Position numbers and translations under genes: made by a program
Source: Felis catus
Lineage: Eukaryota
Direction of reading: 5' to 3'
Length of the DNA stretch: 64,000 nucleotides
Assembly: GCF_018350175.1 (NCBI RefSeq)
Contig: NC_058373.1
Location: 70,804,001 to 70,868,000 of the forward strand
Shown here: positions 38,409 through 51,912 of the stretch, piece after piece
Layout: every line of letters begins with the position of its first letter
Position numbering within the stretch: the stretch's first letter is position 1
The notes under the pieces: generated by a model
The model's input: only the letters and a program-made list of their open reading frames with translations
What the model was told of the DNA's origin: nothing
Database searches by the model: none

Positions 38409-40622
38409 TGGAAGGAGGATTTTCTTACCACATTGGCCCATTCACAATGTGTACTTTGGAGCTAGTTTACAAATGTGAAATCTTACTTTCCATGTGTTCT
38501 GGAAATATTAAGTCAATAATCCTCTCATGATATGATAAACCAGGCTTGTCTTTGTCTCCTTTCAGTTATTTCAGTACCCCCTCAAAGGACCACATGATCT
38601 GGAAACAGGGGGCAGACCTACCCCAAATATCCATGGGACCCAGAGCAAGAATACAAATGCAGCCCAAATAACATATGGCTAACAGCTTTAAATCAAGGTA
38701 ACAAAATTTAAATAAACTAAAATTTTCATACTCAGAGAACAATATTCTCATACTCTCATATTTGCTACAAAATCCTCAGACTCCTTGAATTTGTACACCA
38801 GAATGGTAGTGTGGAAAGAGCAAGCTTTGGCCCTTAGTCCCCAGCCCACCTCTTCTTCTGGCTCTAAAGCCCAACACAAGAGGTCTCTCATGTATGAATA
38901 TGGACTCTGAAGCCCAGATTTCCAGGCTCTGTCCCCTACTTTACACACAGTGCCCTCAACCTGAAGGTTCCCATGCCAGTGATATGGTCTGTCCTCAGGG
39001 GGATAGACCCAAAGAAGAGGCTCAGGCAGGCCCTGGAAGTAGGCTCAAGGCATTTAAGAAGAGAACTCTGGAGATGATAGCAATTGTGTACAGTCTGAAA
39101 AATAGAAATGTTATCAACTTATTAATAAAGAGAATTTTAATATAGATAATGGATTAAGCAACTATTGGAGGATTAATAATGCAAAAGGAAACACACACAA
39201 GTCTTGCTTTTCTGAATATAATGCTACCAATCCCAGATATGAACAGGACATTTGAAATGATTTCACAAGACTCTAAATTTTGCTAGGAAAGAGGAACATT
39301 AGAAAAAGGGAGGTTGCATCCAGCTGATATGAAAAGAAAGCCTGGAATTTCATGTCCCTGAAATGTGTCTGGCTAACCCACAACACCACTTAAATATTCT
39401 TGTCAACTCACACATTACTCTGTAGCTAACAATGTCCTGCTGTCTGCTCTTCTAGATGTTCACTACAGGCAAAGGACCTCTGTAGAAATGTTGTGGAGTG
39501 AAAGAGAAGAGTATGATCCATACCAGGGATACTAACCCACTCAAACTATCAAGAAATCATCCAAGCTCTTATATGACCACAGGCATTGCAATTTACCTAG
39601 TAAATCTTAATATTAGGTGGAATTTCGAATATTCTTTCCTTAGTTATGTTTTTTAGCTAAGTGATTTAAAAAACCCTCTCTACTGCAACTGATCAGGAAA
39701 TAAGTGGGTACATACAAAAATATTGCTAAAAACCCATAATTAAAGTATTATTTAGTAAATAGAATTAATACCCTTCCACAGACATAAAAAGTTGCAAAGA
39801 TCCTTATGCCAGAAATAGATAACCTTAAACATAAATGTTTTGTGCATGTTTTTAGTGATCTCCTACCTCTGAAGTTCCTCTCTAGATAAAACACAAAATA
39901 TACAATTAGTCCATCTAATTAAGGTAAAGACTTTCTGGAAAGAAAAATATTAGCTTAATCTTAATTATCTAAAATTCCTACTTTCCTACTTGATCATATT
40001 TTTTCTGAGTGATCTTATGAAAGTCATTTAATAAATCTGCTTGTTTGTAAAATTGAAGTTGAATAATATTACCTACTCCGCAAAGTACTTTTGAGACTTA
40101 GAGGTAATAACTATGAGTACTTTAAACCACAGTTCATTTCTTCACCCCTCCCCTTACAGGTCAGATCTCTTAAACATTATGATCAGTTGAAGAGCTAGCT
40201 TATCAACTTGTCCCAATGTGATTCCACCCAAAGAGACACTCAAGAGGAATGGCATGCCTCCTCTAGAGAAGCCTCCACAGCAGGACACTAGGAGTTTCCA
40301 TCACCTGGCACTTCCTTCCCTTCACACGTAAGCTTCACTAAGAGCATTGCTCACTATGCGAGTTGAATTCAAGTGCATTTCTAAATTTGGCACAATATAA
40401 AACATAGTTCCTGGGTGAACATCAATATGTGGGGTGGTTAGTGCTATTTCATGTTTTGTTAGAGACAAGATGAAAGGGATTCACACTACTTCAGAAGAGA
40501 CTCTGATGATATATCAGAAGGAACTTCCTGAGACTAGGAGTTGTTACAGCCAGAGGACCAGGACAAAAAAAAAGGTGATGGGATACCTTCTTTCATTTGA
40601 AGAGAATTTAAAAGTAAAATGA

Positions 40623-40866
40623 GGGGCCCCTGGTTGGCTCAGTGGGTTAAGTGTCCAACTTGATTTCAGCTCAGGTCATGACCTCATAGTTCCTGAGTTC
40701 TAGCCTTGCATCAGGTTCTGTGCTGACAGTGCAGAGCTTGCTTGAGATTCTCTCTCTCCCCCCCCCCTATCTGCCCCTCCCTTGCTCACACTCACTTTCT
40801 CTCTCTCAAAATAAATAAATACATAAATTTAAAAAAAGGATTGTTTAAAAAATAAAATAAAAAATC
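40623..40866 (+). mobile_element. Carnivore SINE about 300 bp past the OR4Q3 stop
   Basis: GGGGCCCCTGGTTGGCTCAG head; TSD AAAGT(A/G)AAATGA. Confidence 0.9.
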
Positions 40867-41164
40867 AAAGTGAAATGACTTAAATAAAGACTAGTTATAG
40901 ACAAAAGGATAGAAGAGTTGGACTTTCAAGGTGTCCTCTTGAGCCTAGTACTCAATTCCTGGGCCATTACACATTCCTGACTTCCCTATTTAATATTTGA
41001 CATTTGACAAAGTCACTATGCCTCAATAGCAATCAATAGCAATTATAATGTTTATGCTGGATTTTATACCAAAGTCATCAAATTGGTTTCATGCATGTAC
41101 TCATGTACAGGATGAGTCAAGAATGTCCCAAGAAAGTTATGTTTTATAAATCACATCTTCCTGT

Positions 41165-42115
41165 TCATCCTTTAACATGGCAGAAGGATGCCACATGCTT
41201 TTTTCTCAGCTTCTTCATGACAGTCTTCATTTCAGCATTTCTGAGTGTGTAGATGAGAGGATTCAACATAGGTGTGATCACTGTGTAAAAGACAGAGAAT
41301 ACCTTATCCACGGAGAAGCTGCAGAAAGGCCTCAGGTAGATGAATACACATGGCACAAAGATCAGGCTGACCACTGTTAGGTGGGAGGCACAGGTAGAGA
41401 GTGCCTTGCTGTGGCCCTGACGGAAGCGAGTTCTCACGGTGATGAGGATGATGGCATAAGAGAACAGCAAGACCAAAAAGCAGACGAGAGATAACAGACC
41501 ACTATTTGAGACCATCAGTACCTCTACTACATATGTGTCCGTGCACGCTAGCTTGATGACCTGTGGGACATCACAGTAGAAGTTGTCCAGTTCAGTGGGA
41601 CCACAGAAGGGCAGCTGTATGACCAGCGTGACCTGTGTGATAGAATGGATGAAACCCCCACACCAACAGGCAAAAACCAACTGAAAGCAGAGCTGACGAT
41701 TCATGACTGTCAAGTAGTGCAAAGGATTACATATGGCAACATACCTATCATAGGCCATGACTGTCAGCAGAAACATCTCACTGGCTCCCAGAAAGTGCAG
41801 GAAGTAGATCTGGGCCAAGCATCCTGAAAAAGAGATGATCTTGTCTTGCTGTAGGAAATCTCCTAACATCTTGGGCACGGTAACACAGCTCAGGCATAGG
41901 TCAATGAAGGACAGATGGCCCAAAAAATAGTACATAGGAGATTGGAGCAGGTGAGCATCAGCTCGCACTGTTACAATTATCAAGAGGTTTCCCAAAACAA
42001 CAGTCATGTAAAAAAACAAAAATATTAAGAAGAGAAATAGCTGTAGCTCCCAAGAGGATGATAGGCCCAGAAGAACAAATTCTGTCACTTTAGAATCATT
42101 TCTTTTTTTCATCAA
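41165..42115 (-). CDS. OR4Q3: Olfactory receptor family 4 subfamily Q member 3, intact 316 aa
   Basis: Distinctive GLSSSWELQLFLF, HLLQSPMYYFLGHLSFIDLCLSCVTVPKMLGDFLQQ and LRPFCSFSVDK match recalled human OR4Q3; MAYDRYVAIC and PMLNPLIYTLRN are intact. Confidence 0.95.
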   Translation of the reverse strand: MMKKRNDSKVTEFVLLGLSSSWELQLFLFLIFLFFYMTVVLGNLLIIVTVRADAHLLQSPMYYFLGHLSFIDLCLSCVTVPKMLGDFLQQDKIISFSGCLAQIYFLHFLGASEMFLLTVMAYDRYVAICNPLHYLTVMNRQLCFQLVFACWCGGFIHSITQVTLVIQLPFCGPTELDNFYCDVPQVIKLACTDTYVVEVLMVSNSGLLSLVCFLVLLFSYAIILITVRTRFRQGHSKALSTCASHLTVVSLIFVPCVFIYLRPFCSFSVDKVFSVFYTVITPMLNPLIYTLRNAEMKTVMKKLRKKHVASFCHVKG

Positions 42116-42134
42116 GTCAAGAATACCAAGTGAC

Positions 42135-42176
42135 CTAGAGAAAGAAGAATTAAATTGGAAGAAGAAAGATTTAACT
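42135..42176 (-). promoter_or_regulatory. Predicted splice acceptor upstream of the OR4Q3 coding exon
   Basis: Minus strand reads TCTTTCTTCTTCCAATTTAATTCTTCTTTCTCTAG|GTCAC, 19 nt before the first ATG. Confidence 0.65.
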
Positions 42177-42185
42177 TAGACAAAA

Positions 42186-42188
<3 letters not shown>

Positions 42189-42242
<54 letters not shown>
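42189..42242. repeat. (TA)27 microsatellite
   Basis: Perfect TA repeat. Confidence 0.95.
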
Positions 42243-42246
<4 letters not shown>

Positions 42247-42290
42247 TTGGGGTCTGGTGTTTATGGAATCATATTCCAAGATGAAAAACC

Positions 42291-42505
42291 TTTTTTAAAA
42301 AATTTTTTTAATGTTTATTCATTCTTGAAAGACACAGCATGAGTGTGGGAGACACAAAGTGAGAGAAGGAGACACAGAATCCGAAGTAGGTTCCAGGCTC
42401 TGAGCTCAGCACAGAGCCCAATGCGGGGCTCAAACTCATGCACAGTGAGATCATGACCCAAGCCACAGTTGGACGCTTAACCAACTGAGCCACCCAGGCG
42501 ACCCC
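42291..42505 (-). mobile_element. Felid SINE
   Basis: Reverse-strand SINE; diverged TSD AA(G/C)ATGAAAAA(C/T)CTT. Confidence 0.92.
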
Positions 42506-45500
42506 AACATGAAAAATCTTAAGCAATTTCTGTGAGGTAGGAAATATATATTCTGTATAAATAGAACAAGAAATATATTCCTGTATAAATAGAACATTGC
42601 ATTCGTTCCAACCCTTCATTCCTATAATGCTTTTAAGTTACATTTACAACAAACTAGGGAGGGAGAAAATTACCTGGGCATGAGGTGATGAGAACGTGAA
42701 AATCATTCCATTTTTGTAAGAGACAAAACTATAGCCTTTAATGGCAAGAGTTCTGGAATAAAGTCTAGATCCAATGCCCAACTCAACCACTCACCAATTC
42801 AGTGACCTCAGGCAAGGTATCAAACCCAAGTTTCATTCTTTGTTTATTCAATCTAATATAGGCATAATAATATCTTCCAGGGTTGTTTTGAGAATCAAAT
42901 ATAATCTATGAATAAAATGCACTTAAATAAAAAATTACTTAACTCCCTAAAGTGGGGCAGTATTTCTTATTAATCTCTATACTTACACCACAATGCTTAC
43001 TGTGTAATAATTTATCAAATTGAAAGAATAATGCTTTGTACTATAAATTACTATACTGTACAAAGTTAGTAACTATTATAAATGCACATGTTAAGAAACA
43101 AATTATTTAGGGAGGATTGAAAAGAAGCTCATGTTCTTTGTTTTTATTTATTATCATAGGTGATGGAGGTTGGAAAATTTGTAGACACTGGGTAACAGGA
43201 AATTAAATCTTTGTCTTTAAAGTTTAAGGAATCATCTAACTTAAGATGAGTAGGATAGTGGCTAGAACACACTAATCACCAAAAGCAGAGACCAAGGGCA
43301 ATGATCCTTATCATTGAGACAGTTACAAAAGAGGCTCATTATGACCCATTTCTTAGGAAAGGATAATGAGGGAAGTCAGAATTATGCTGCTTTTGGACTT
43401 TTCAACAACCATAGGTACACTTAAAAGAAATAAAGTGTACACTACGATATTGTTTTATCCATTTTCTCCTTCTCTACATTTACATTTACTTGCAATATTG
43501 GGTGAGAATATCTCAGATTACAAATAAAAAAATCAGGGAACATTGGTACATTCTTTCCATTGAAGTGGTTAAGAATTAGCAGATGTTTCTCTGTCTAGAT
43601 TAGATTTTCAGTCTAGAACTAGCTCTTGGTAAAATATTGAGACAAAATTTGTATTTTTCTGTCTTCAGTCTCAGTTATGCACTCCAGGTTGTACTTGGTT
43701 CTCTCAAATAAGTCAGGTAAAGTTATCTGATAATTATTCAGATAATCCAAAAATAAGAATTCTTAATACCAAGAAATTTTGCTTTACACATTGTTTCAAG
43801 ATAAGCAAGTGAGAGAGAGATTTGGGGCCAAAGGAACTTTTGGATGTCTTGATCATACGACATATGTGACCATCCTCTTCACCTGCCTATATCAGGTGCC
43901 CAGGTGCATCTAATTCTACAATCTGATAAATAATGGAGGAAACAATCTCACTCTGTAGATGCATTTTGGAAAACAAAACAAAGCAAAAAAGACAGGAAAC
44001 CATTTTCTGTCATATGTACAGCCCTACTTGAACTCTAATAGAATGGAAGTTTCCCAGTCCTCTTTGGATATACCAAAGATTGTGAATTTCCATATGGAAA
44101 TGGCAATCTGGTGTTCTTTCCAATTATCTAAAATATTTAATTAGACGAGGTCAAGTTTTCATTGAAATTCTGCATCTAATTTCAAACCTCATCTTTGGAA
44201 AATTAGAAAGAGCCTGAGAAAGAACAACCAAAATTATTTTTTAAAAATTCAAAAGAGGTTTCTGAAAACAAGGAAGAAAAAAACAAGTGGAAAAGCAGAA
44301 TCCAAAGCATTCTTATAATTTATGGCTGAGTAATAATGTGATTATTTCCTAATGTGAAAACAATATGCAAAGGGTAGTCACTTGTATTACACACTTATTA
44401 TTTCCATAGGACAGATATAAAGATAAGCTTGTACTAAAACAGACAAAATTAAACCAATCAGAAGGGTAGATTAAGAGTATGTAAAAAATGTTAAAACCTA
44501 ATTACTCCAAAACATTGTTAAGTCTTAGTCTATGATCTAACTTTTTAAAGTAATATTTAATATTCAGGGACTTCAGTACAATAAATATTTTCAGATCATC
44601 CCTAGGACATTAGCATAATAGGACTTCACTAATAGTGATGTTGAAATCATTACATATCATGAGACAAATACAGACAACTCTATATTTGAGTTTTAATTGA
44701 GGTATGGGCTAGATTCTGGTTATTCTTAAATTTCTTACTAACTGAAGAAATTTTCTGCCTTCAGATAATATGAAAACACAATGCCAACCAATACAGAAAG
44801 TTCATTTGCGGTATTAACTGCCATGTTTGGAAGAAATATTTCCAGTTGCTGTATTTCTGAAGTCTCTGCTCACAGTAAGAAATCCAGCCTGTGAGTATTC
44901 TGTGAAGGACAAAACCAGCACTATCTCTAAGCATGAGGGACTGTCCATCACCTAAAAATACCTTCCACCACAACATTTTCCTAGGCTGACCCCCTGCTGG
45001 GATCTGGGAAGCAACATTCACCCTATCAAGTGTTTCATGCTTCACATTCAAAGAATAAACTAAGAATTCGTGAAAGTCAATAAAAATGTTTTTAAGTTGG
45101 CAAAAAGAGACAAAGGAATTGAGGAGAATGCTTAATGAGAAGTGAAAGCCTTTATGGAAGTACCCAAAGCAGCACGGAGGAAAGAGAACAAAACCAAACT
45201 CTTTAAACAATCAAGGGCTATTTGTGGACAGTTAAGCAACTACTCTAGTTTTTCTACACAAGGAACTAGAGAGGTCTACACAGAAAATACTTAAAAAAAG
45301 GAATAAAATTTTCCGTGTGGGAGTGGTTGTGGTTTTTTCAAACAATGTATTTTGCTATTTTGTCTATTTTTGCCTGTGTTGAGCTAAAAGTATTCTCAGA
45401 AAAAGAAATTTGACCACAACAATGACAGAAAGAGATTTACCAGTTGAGGCTTAAATGCTATGTGAACTTCTTTTGGGGGCATTTGATGTATTTTCTAATT

Positions 45501-46872
45501 TCTCCTGTAACACCAGGAAATGTACACCATTCATTGAAGATGATACCTATGATGGTATCTCCAACTGAGAAGGAAGGTATAATCCTTCTGCTCTAATCTT
45601 TCTGCTCTAATCTTTGTTTGAAATATTGCATCTTAAATTTCATTTGGGAGAAATTAAGAATTTAGCAAAAAGCAACTGAAATAAATAAATGGAAAATAGG
45701 ATCTAAGAGGAACTACTGTAGAATTAGGTAATCCTAAGACAATACTGCCATGGGTCCAGTGCTTTTGTTATATTAAGCTGATCCTATTTTATCCAAACCT
45801 TGTTTTTACCTTCCAAGACATCACCAGTCCTAGAATTCCCTGATGCTATGAGAATTTCATTGCTCTGTGAACGCATCTAAGGGTATAAACCTAGAACAAA
45901 CTCAAATGATTTCTTAAATTTAAAAACAATGAATGTCAGAGAGGTATAAATATGGTTTCAGAGATAGAAAGAGGAGCAAATGGGGTGAGTGGAGCTTTAA
46001 AAAAACACATTTTAGAAACTTACATGATTACATATCAGGAGCTATGTGGGTTTGAGGAAGGAATGTGTTACCCTGCTATTCCTCCCACCAATCTCTTCAT
46101 ACTTTCAGACCAGCAAAATTATAAATTCTCAGATGATCATCATAGTTGCCTGAGTCTGTGCCCTAACTGCTTTCTTATAAGTCAAGCTCTAGTTGAGGCC
46201 TGGCTGTACAAATGGAAAGACCTCTTGTCCCCAGGGCTCTGGATGTGCCTGAGGCTTTTATGGTTCTTATGCTATTGCTCAGCCTAATGAGCCTTAGGAT
46301 TCTCTAGGCTGCTGTTGTCTGAATCTCAGTTCTTGCTAAAAAGCTGAGCTTAGACCCCACAGACTCCAAAACAGTCAGACCTTATTGCATAACACAGCCC
46401 ACCCCTTTTACTTACTTTGGATTGATTAATTTGGCACTGGTTATGCTACCAATTTCCATGTGTCAATCTATACCTGAGTAAAATGATTCTCACTGCTTTC
46501 TATATGAAACATGGTCCTGAAGTAGGCAAGGCTGAATGATAAATACTAAGTTAGCACTGCAAGCTATAGAAGCAGAAACACTTCCCTCAAGGTGTTACAG
46601 AGCCTTCATTACAATACCCGAGTCTCTTGATGATGCTTCAAGTAACTAATCTAATTGGTGCCTATGTATGGATCTTATACAGAAAACACAGCTGCTGTGA
46701 TTAGTAATTGAATATTTTTTATAAATTGTTGCTGTCAAATATAACTTTTTAAATGTTATAAACAAAATTCTCAAAAAGGTGCTTAAAACGTCAAAAATTA
46801 TATTTAACTCTTAATGAAGAAGAGCAGGATAATGAAGCCAGTTCAAAAGATAATATAAAAATGTGGCTTCAT

Positions 46873-47476
46873 CTCTGGAAAACAGTGTGGAGGTTCTTTA
46901 AAAAATTAAAAATAGACCTACCCTATGACCCAGCAATAGCACTGCTAGGAATTTATCCAAGGGATACAGGAGTACTGATGCATAGGGGCACTTGTACCCC
47001 AATGTTTATAGCAGCACTCTCAACAATAGCCAAATTATGGAAAGAGCCTAAATGTCCATCAACTGATGAATGGATAAAGAAATTGTGGTTTATATACACA
47101 ATGGAGTACTACATGGCAATGAGAAAGAATGAAATATGGCCCTTTGTAGCAATGTGGATGGAACTGGAGAGTGCGATGCTAAGTGAAATAAGCCATACAG
47201 AGAAAGACAGATACCATATGTTTTCACTCTTATGTGGATCCTGAGAAACTTAACAGAAACCCATGGGGGAGGGGAAGGGAAAAAAAAAAAAAGAGGTTAG
47301 AGTGGAAGAGAACCAAAGCATAAGAGACTCTTAAAAACTGAGAACAAACTGAGGGTTGATGGGGGGTGGGAGGGAGGGGAGGGTGGGTGATGGGTATTGA
47401 GAAGGGCACCTTTTGGGATGAGCACTGGGTGTTGTATGGAAACCAATTTGACAATAAATTTCAAAAAAAATGAAAA
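46873..47476 (+). mobile_element. Young 5'-truncated felid L1
   Basis: Intact ORF2 C-terminus (WKTVWRFFKKLKIDLPYDPAIALLGIYP...FSLLCGS), 3'UTR and A-tail; TSD ATAAAAATGTGGCTTCAT at 46855-46872 and 47477-47494. Confidence 0.95.
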
Positions 47477-47639
47477 ATAAAAATGTGGCTTCATATAGAG
47501 TATTAAAAAAACATTGAAATAAAATTTCTAAGTTATATGTAAACTGGTTAATGTCCTAAAGGGCAACACAATCTTAACCTTTAGGATTACCTTTTCTTTC
47601 TACCACACTAAAAAGAAAATTAACACAATTTAGCAGTTT

Positions 47640-47746
47640 TCTATTACATCTCTCTTCTTAGCATCCAGAACTATGAGAAATACATTTGTTTATATGTCAC
47701 CCAATCTATGGTATTTTTGTTATAGCAGCCCAAAAGAACTAAGACA
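47640..47746 (+). mobile_element. MaLR (MLT1) LTR 3' fragment
   Basis: CCAGAACTATGAGAAATACATTTG...GGTATTTTTGTTATAGCAGCCC...ACTAAGACA. Confidence 0.75.
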
Positions 47747-47752
47747 GTAACT

Positions 47753-47843
47753 AACTTCTATTTCCTCACTAGCACAAACTCTTCTTCAGAAGAAGAAGAA
47801 CAAACTTCTATTTCCTCACTAGCACAAACTCTTCTTCAGAAGA
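47753..47843. repeat. Local duplication of a 41-bp unit
   Basis: Identical copies at 47753-47793 and 47803-47843 with a 9-nt spacer. Confidence 0.92.
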
Positions 47844-49795
47844 GTTGATATTTGAGAATATCTTTCACACAGAAGCATCTCAGCAGATCACCATATTGCA
47901 TACATTTCATAAATGCCTATAATCCCATGCATCTCTTTTTATATTTCTTAAATAGGAAGCAAATTAAATTGGGCCTCACAATCAATATTTTTGTGTTCTA
48001 TATTATTAAGAGTTGTCTAGGTATCCAAAGATTTTTCATCAATTGTCAAGTTAGTCCAAGGCCTTAAAATTAATAAAGGATATTGGCAATTATATATAAG
48101 ATGACATTACAGAGCAACACAATTACTATTTATAAACTATTTATTAGAAAACATTCAATTTGGTTGAACACATAATTTTACATTTTTAATAATGCTAGAT
48201 ATGTGAAAGTAATGCTAGCTCATCTGATCAGTAAAACCAGTAGATGAAGTTTATTAAATTCATATTAACCAATTTTCCTATGTGAAAACAAAGTGGTCTT
48301 ACAAAAAATAAAATGTAAATTTGTGTTATATTCTAATCTATTATAAAATGATGAAGAAAAACTTATAGTTCCTTCTAAACTGAACTAACCAGCCCTTTTG
48401 ATTTGTCCAAGGAATTATTCTGAATACATGAACTTGGATTCTTACATATAAATGCTTCTGAGCTACCAGTTTCTGTTAGAAGCTGTTCATTTTTTTCTTA
48501 AAAGGCTAGAGCATTTAAATTGTTAGAAATTCAGTTTATTTCTTTCCCTTATTTAAAATTTGTGAAAGAACTTATTCTCCATAACCAACTAGAATTAGAG
48601 CACCATTAAATTGAAGAAGCTCTACAATATAATATATAGATTTCTTCTAGGAACAAGAACATATTTAGCACTCATACAAGAAGGATAAAATATTTCATCA
48701 TTTACATACACAAAGAGAACTTTCAGCTGCAGTTAACAAATCCAACCATAGGTTAAAAAAAATATGAACACAGATAACATGTAAAAATTCCTATAGAAAA
48801 ATAAAGAACATGTATTTTCATTCAACAATTATTTATAATGCTACAAATATATGCCAGGCACTATGCTAATGACTGAGTTCATAATTATTTTGAACAGAAG
48901 CGACACTGTCCCTCACAGAGTAAACATTCTAATATGAAAGACAGACAAGGTATAAAATAATTGCAGATTTTGATAACTGCTATGAATGAAAAAAACAGGG
49001 TAATGTAATAGAGAGCAAGTGAGAGGCACCAACGTCAGAGAGCATGGTGACTAAAATACAGTGAAAAGGGGGGAATATGAGATGAGTTTCAATAGGTAGC
49101 CAGAGTCCTATAGGTCATGGTGAGGAGTTTGGACTTTATTCTAAAAAGAGTGGAAAGAATTTGAAGTAATTTTTAAAAAGTAACTGAAATTATTTCATAA
49201 ATTTTTTTATAGTATCACTCTAGAAGGATCAGATAGAGGAAAATGGGAAAGCAGGTAACTGGCTGCCTTCCAGAAAAGAACTAATAATAGTTACACTAGG
49301 ATACTGGCAAAGGAAATAGGCATAAATGGATAGATTTGATATTTTTAAGAGATCAGACATTTTTAAGCATGGATTAATGTAAAAGCAGTAGAAACAAAGA
49401 GAAATGGACAAATTACGATTTTTTTAGAAGTAGAAATGACAAGAGTTGCCTTAATTACTAATAATAGAAACCTAAATTGTTTAGACCTACTACCAACAGA
49501 AAAAAAATGATAAAATGCATCAAAAAACTAACAAGATAGAAGGGAACAACAATACTGGATTCTTTGGGTGATTCAGAACCCAGAGAAATAAACAAAACAG
49601 TGGAGCACGAAACCTTCATTTTCCCTGACAGGATTGTGTCAGGGCAAATGAGGGATTCATTTCAGAAGCTTTGCAAAAAGAAGTTAAGGCCCAGGGTCTT
49701 CCCTACATGGGGAGCCTTATAATAAACACTCTTCATCTTAAGCACACAAAGGAGGACACAAAGAGTTATATCTTTAGGATAAGTAGAAAACAGAA

Positions 49796-50353
49796 CTACT
49801 GGGTATTTACCCAAGGAAAACAAAGACATTAATTCAAAAAGACATGTGCTATATTTATTTCAGCATTATTTACAGTAGCCCAGGTATGGAAGCAATCTAA
49901 GTGTCCATGAGTAGACAAATGGANNNNNNNNNNNNNNNNNNNNNNNNNNNNNNNNNNNNNNNNNNNNNNNNNNNNNNNNNNNNNNNNNNNNNNNNNNNNN
50001 NNNNNNNNNNNNNNNNNNNNNNNNNNNNNNNNNNNNNNNNNNNNNNNNNNNNNNNNNNNNNNNNNNNNNNNNNNNNNNNNNNNNNNAGGACTTGTTGTTG
50101 CCATTTGCAACAACATGGATGGACCTAGAGAACATTATGCTAATAAAATAAGTTGGACTGAGAAAGACAAATATCACATTTTCATTTACATGTGGAACCT
50201 AAAGTACAAAACAAATGAATAAACAAAAAATCATATCTATAAATACAGAGAACAAACTGATAATTGAAAGAGGGGAGGAGGATGGGAAAATGGGCAAAAT
50301 GGGTAAAGGAGATTGGGAGTTGCAGGCTTCCAATTATGGAGTGAATAAGTCAC
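49796..50353 (+). mobile_element. L1MA-type 3' fragment with internal gap
   Basis: CTACTGGGTATTTACCCAAGG...TTTGCAACAACATGGATGGACCTAGAG...; 3'UTR. Confidence 0.85.
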
Positions 50354-51716
50354 AGAACTAGAAGGCAGGAACTAGAGTCTATTTTTCTTCACATTCCTTT
50401 ACAGCTATTATTTTTGTCTTTAGTTTCCATTGTTTATAATTTTAGAGTGTGAATTTTTAATTTTCAGTGTTAGAATGTATTGGACTTACTCTTTGAAGTT
50501 TTAGTTTTTTATGCTTGACCAAATCTAAAAAATTTTTCAGATATGATCTCTTTAAATATTGTTTCTGACTTTTCCTTTCTTCAGGATTACTAATTAAACT
50601 GTTAGACTTCCATATTTAACCTCTCTTCCATTTTTCTCTCTTTTTTGTCTATTCAAAATGCATTAATGTAGAAAGTTTTCTGATGTAGTCTCTAGTTAAT
50701 TTATTTTCTTATTTGCTGTCCCATCCACTATTAAACCTGTCCATAAATTTTTAATTTTCATTATATTTTCATTTTTATTTCATTTTCATTTTTTTTTCTC
50801 AAAAAAAAATATATCCTAATATCCATTAATCAGCATGTTTATACATCTGCCTCGTGTCATTGGATATGGATGTTACACAATAGAGAAGTTGAAATCAATT
50901 GCCATGATGGAAGAAATCTGTTAGGGATGGGAGGGATCGATGTTAAAAAAACGATGCTGACCTTTAGCTTTTATGGAGAAGAAATGCCTGCCAGCTGCTA
51001 ACTCAGTGGTGGGGATGTGTCAGCAAAAAGTGAATCTAAATACCACAGAAAACAAATCTACATGCCAAATGTTACTGTTCACTAAGGCAGAAGAAAATTC
51101 CAGTGAATTTCCAATATCCTTGCAAACTTGATGCTAATAAAAGTATCTCCATCACAGTGGGCAATTCCCCACCATGATGTACACAAATTTTGGAAAAAAT
51201 TTCTTCATTACAAAATGGACATATTTTCATTTGGATTGGTACAAAAGATAATAGTTGACAACCTGTGGTATGTCTACCACAGATGACATTAAGATGGAAA
51301 GAACTGATCCTAGACAAAATTATTAAGTGGGCAACTATATCTTGGTTCCTGTTCACTCTACCTTTTGTAATTCTTCCCAATCACCATATACATATTGTGG
51401 TTCTAACTCACACTGACTCTTGATGCTCAAAGATCCCCGCATTGCACTATAATGACCTATAAATGTTTTATTCTTCAATTTTTTTTTTGCTCAAATGCCA
51501 AATACAAATGGGAATTTGATTATTCTTTGTTACTATGCCTGATTCCAGAAATTCCCTAAAAAGTCAGTCAGATGGTGAGATCTTAAAGAAATATGCAGGA
51601 AACATATTAGAGGAAATATTTTTGTAATATGATTATATGGGCCCCTTATACTCAACAAAAAAAGGATAATTCTTAAAAAAAAAAAAAAGTACATGCACAC
51701 ACAAAAGCTTATAAGA

Positions 51717-51912
51717 GGGATACCTGGATGGCTCAGTCACTTGAGCATCCAAGTCTTGATTTCTGCTCAGGTCATGATCTCAGGTTCCTGGGATCGAGAC
51801 CTATGCCAGGCTCTGCACTGACAGATTCTCTCTCCTCTCTCTCTATCCCTCTCCTGCTCATGCACTCTCTTTCTCTCTATCCCTCTCTCTCAAAATAAAT
51901 AGACTTAAAAAA
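51717..51912 (+). mobile_element. Carnivore SINE
   Basis: Diverged head; TSD ACAAAAGCTTA(T/G)AAGA at 51701 and 51913. Confidence 0.88.

Noticed and set aside
51072-51380. Minus-strand ORF with ICGRHTTGCQLLSFVP...PFC, loosely resembling OR TM6
   Set aside because: Nucleotide similarity to the OR genes here is weak and needs gaps, and no other OR motifs are collinear.
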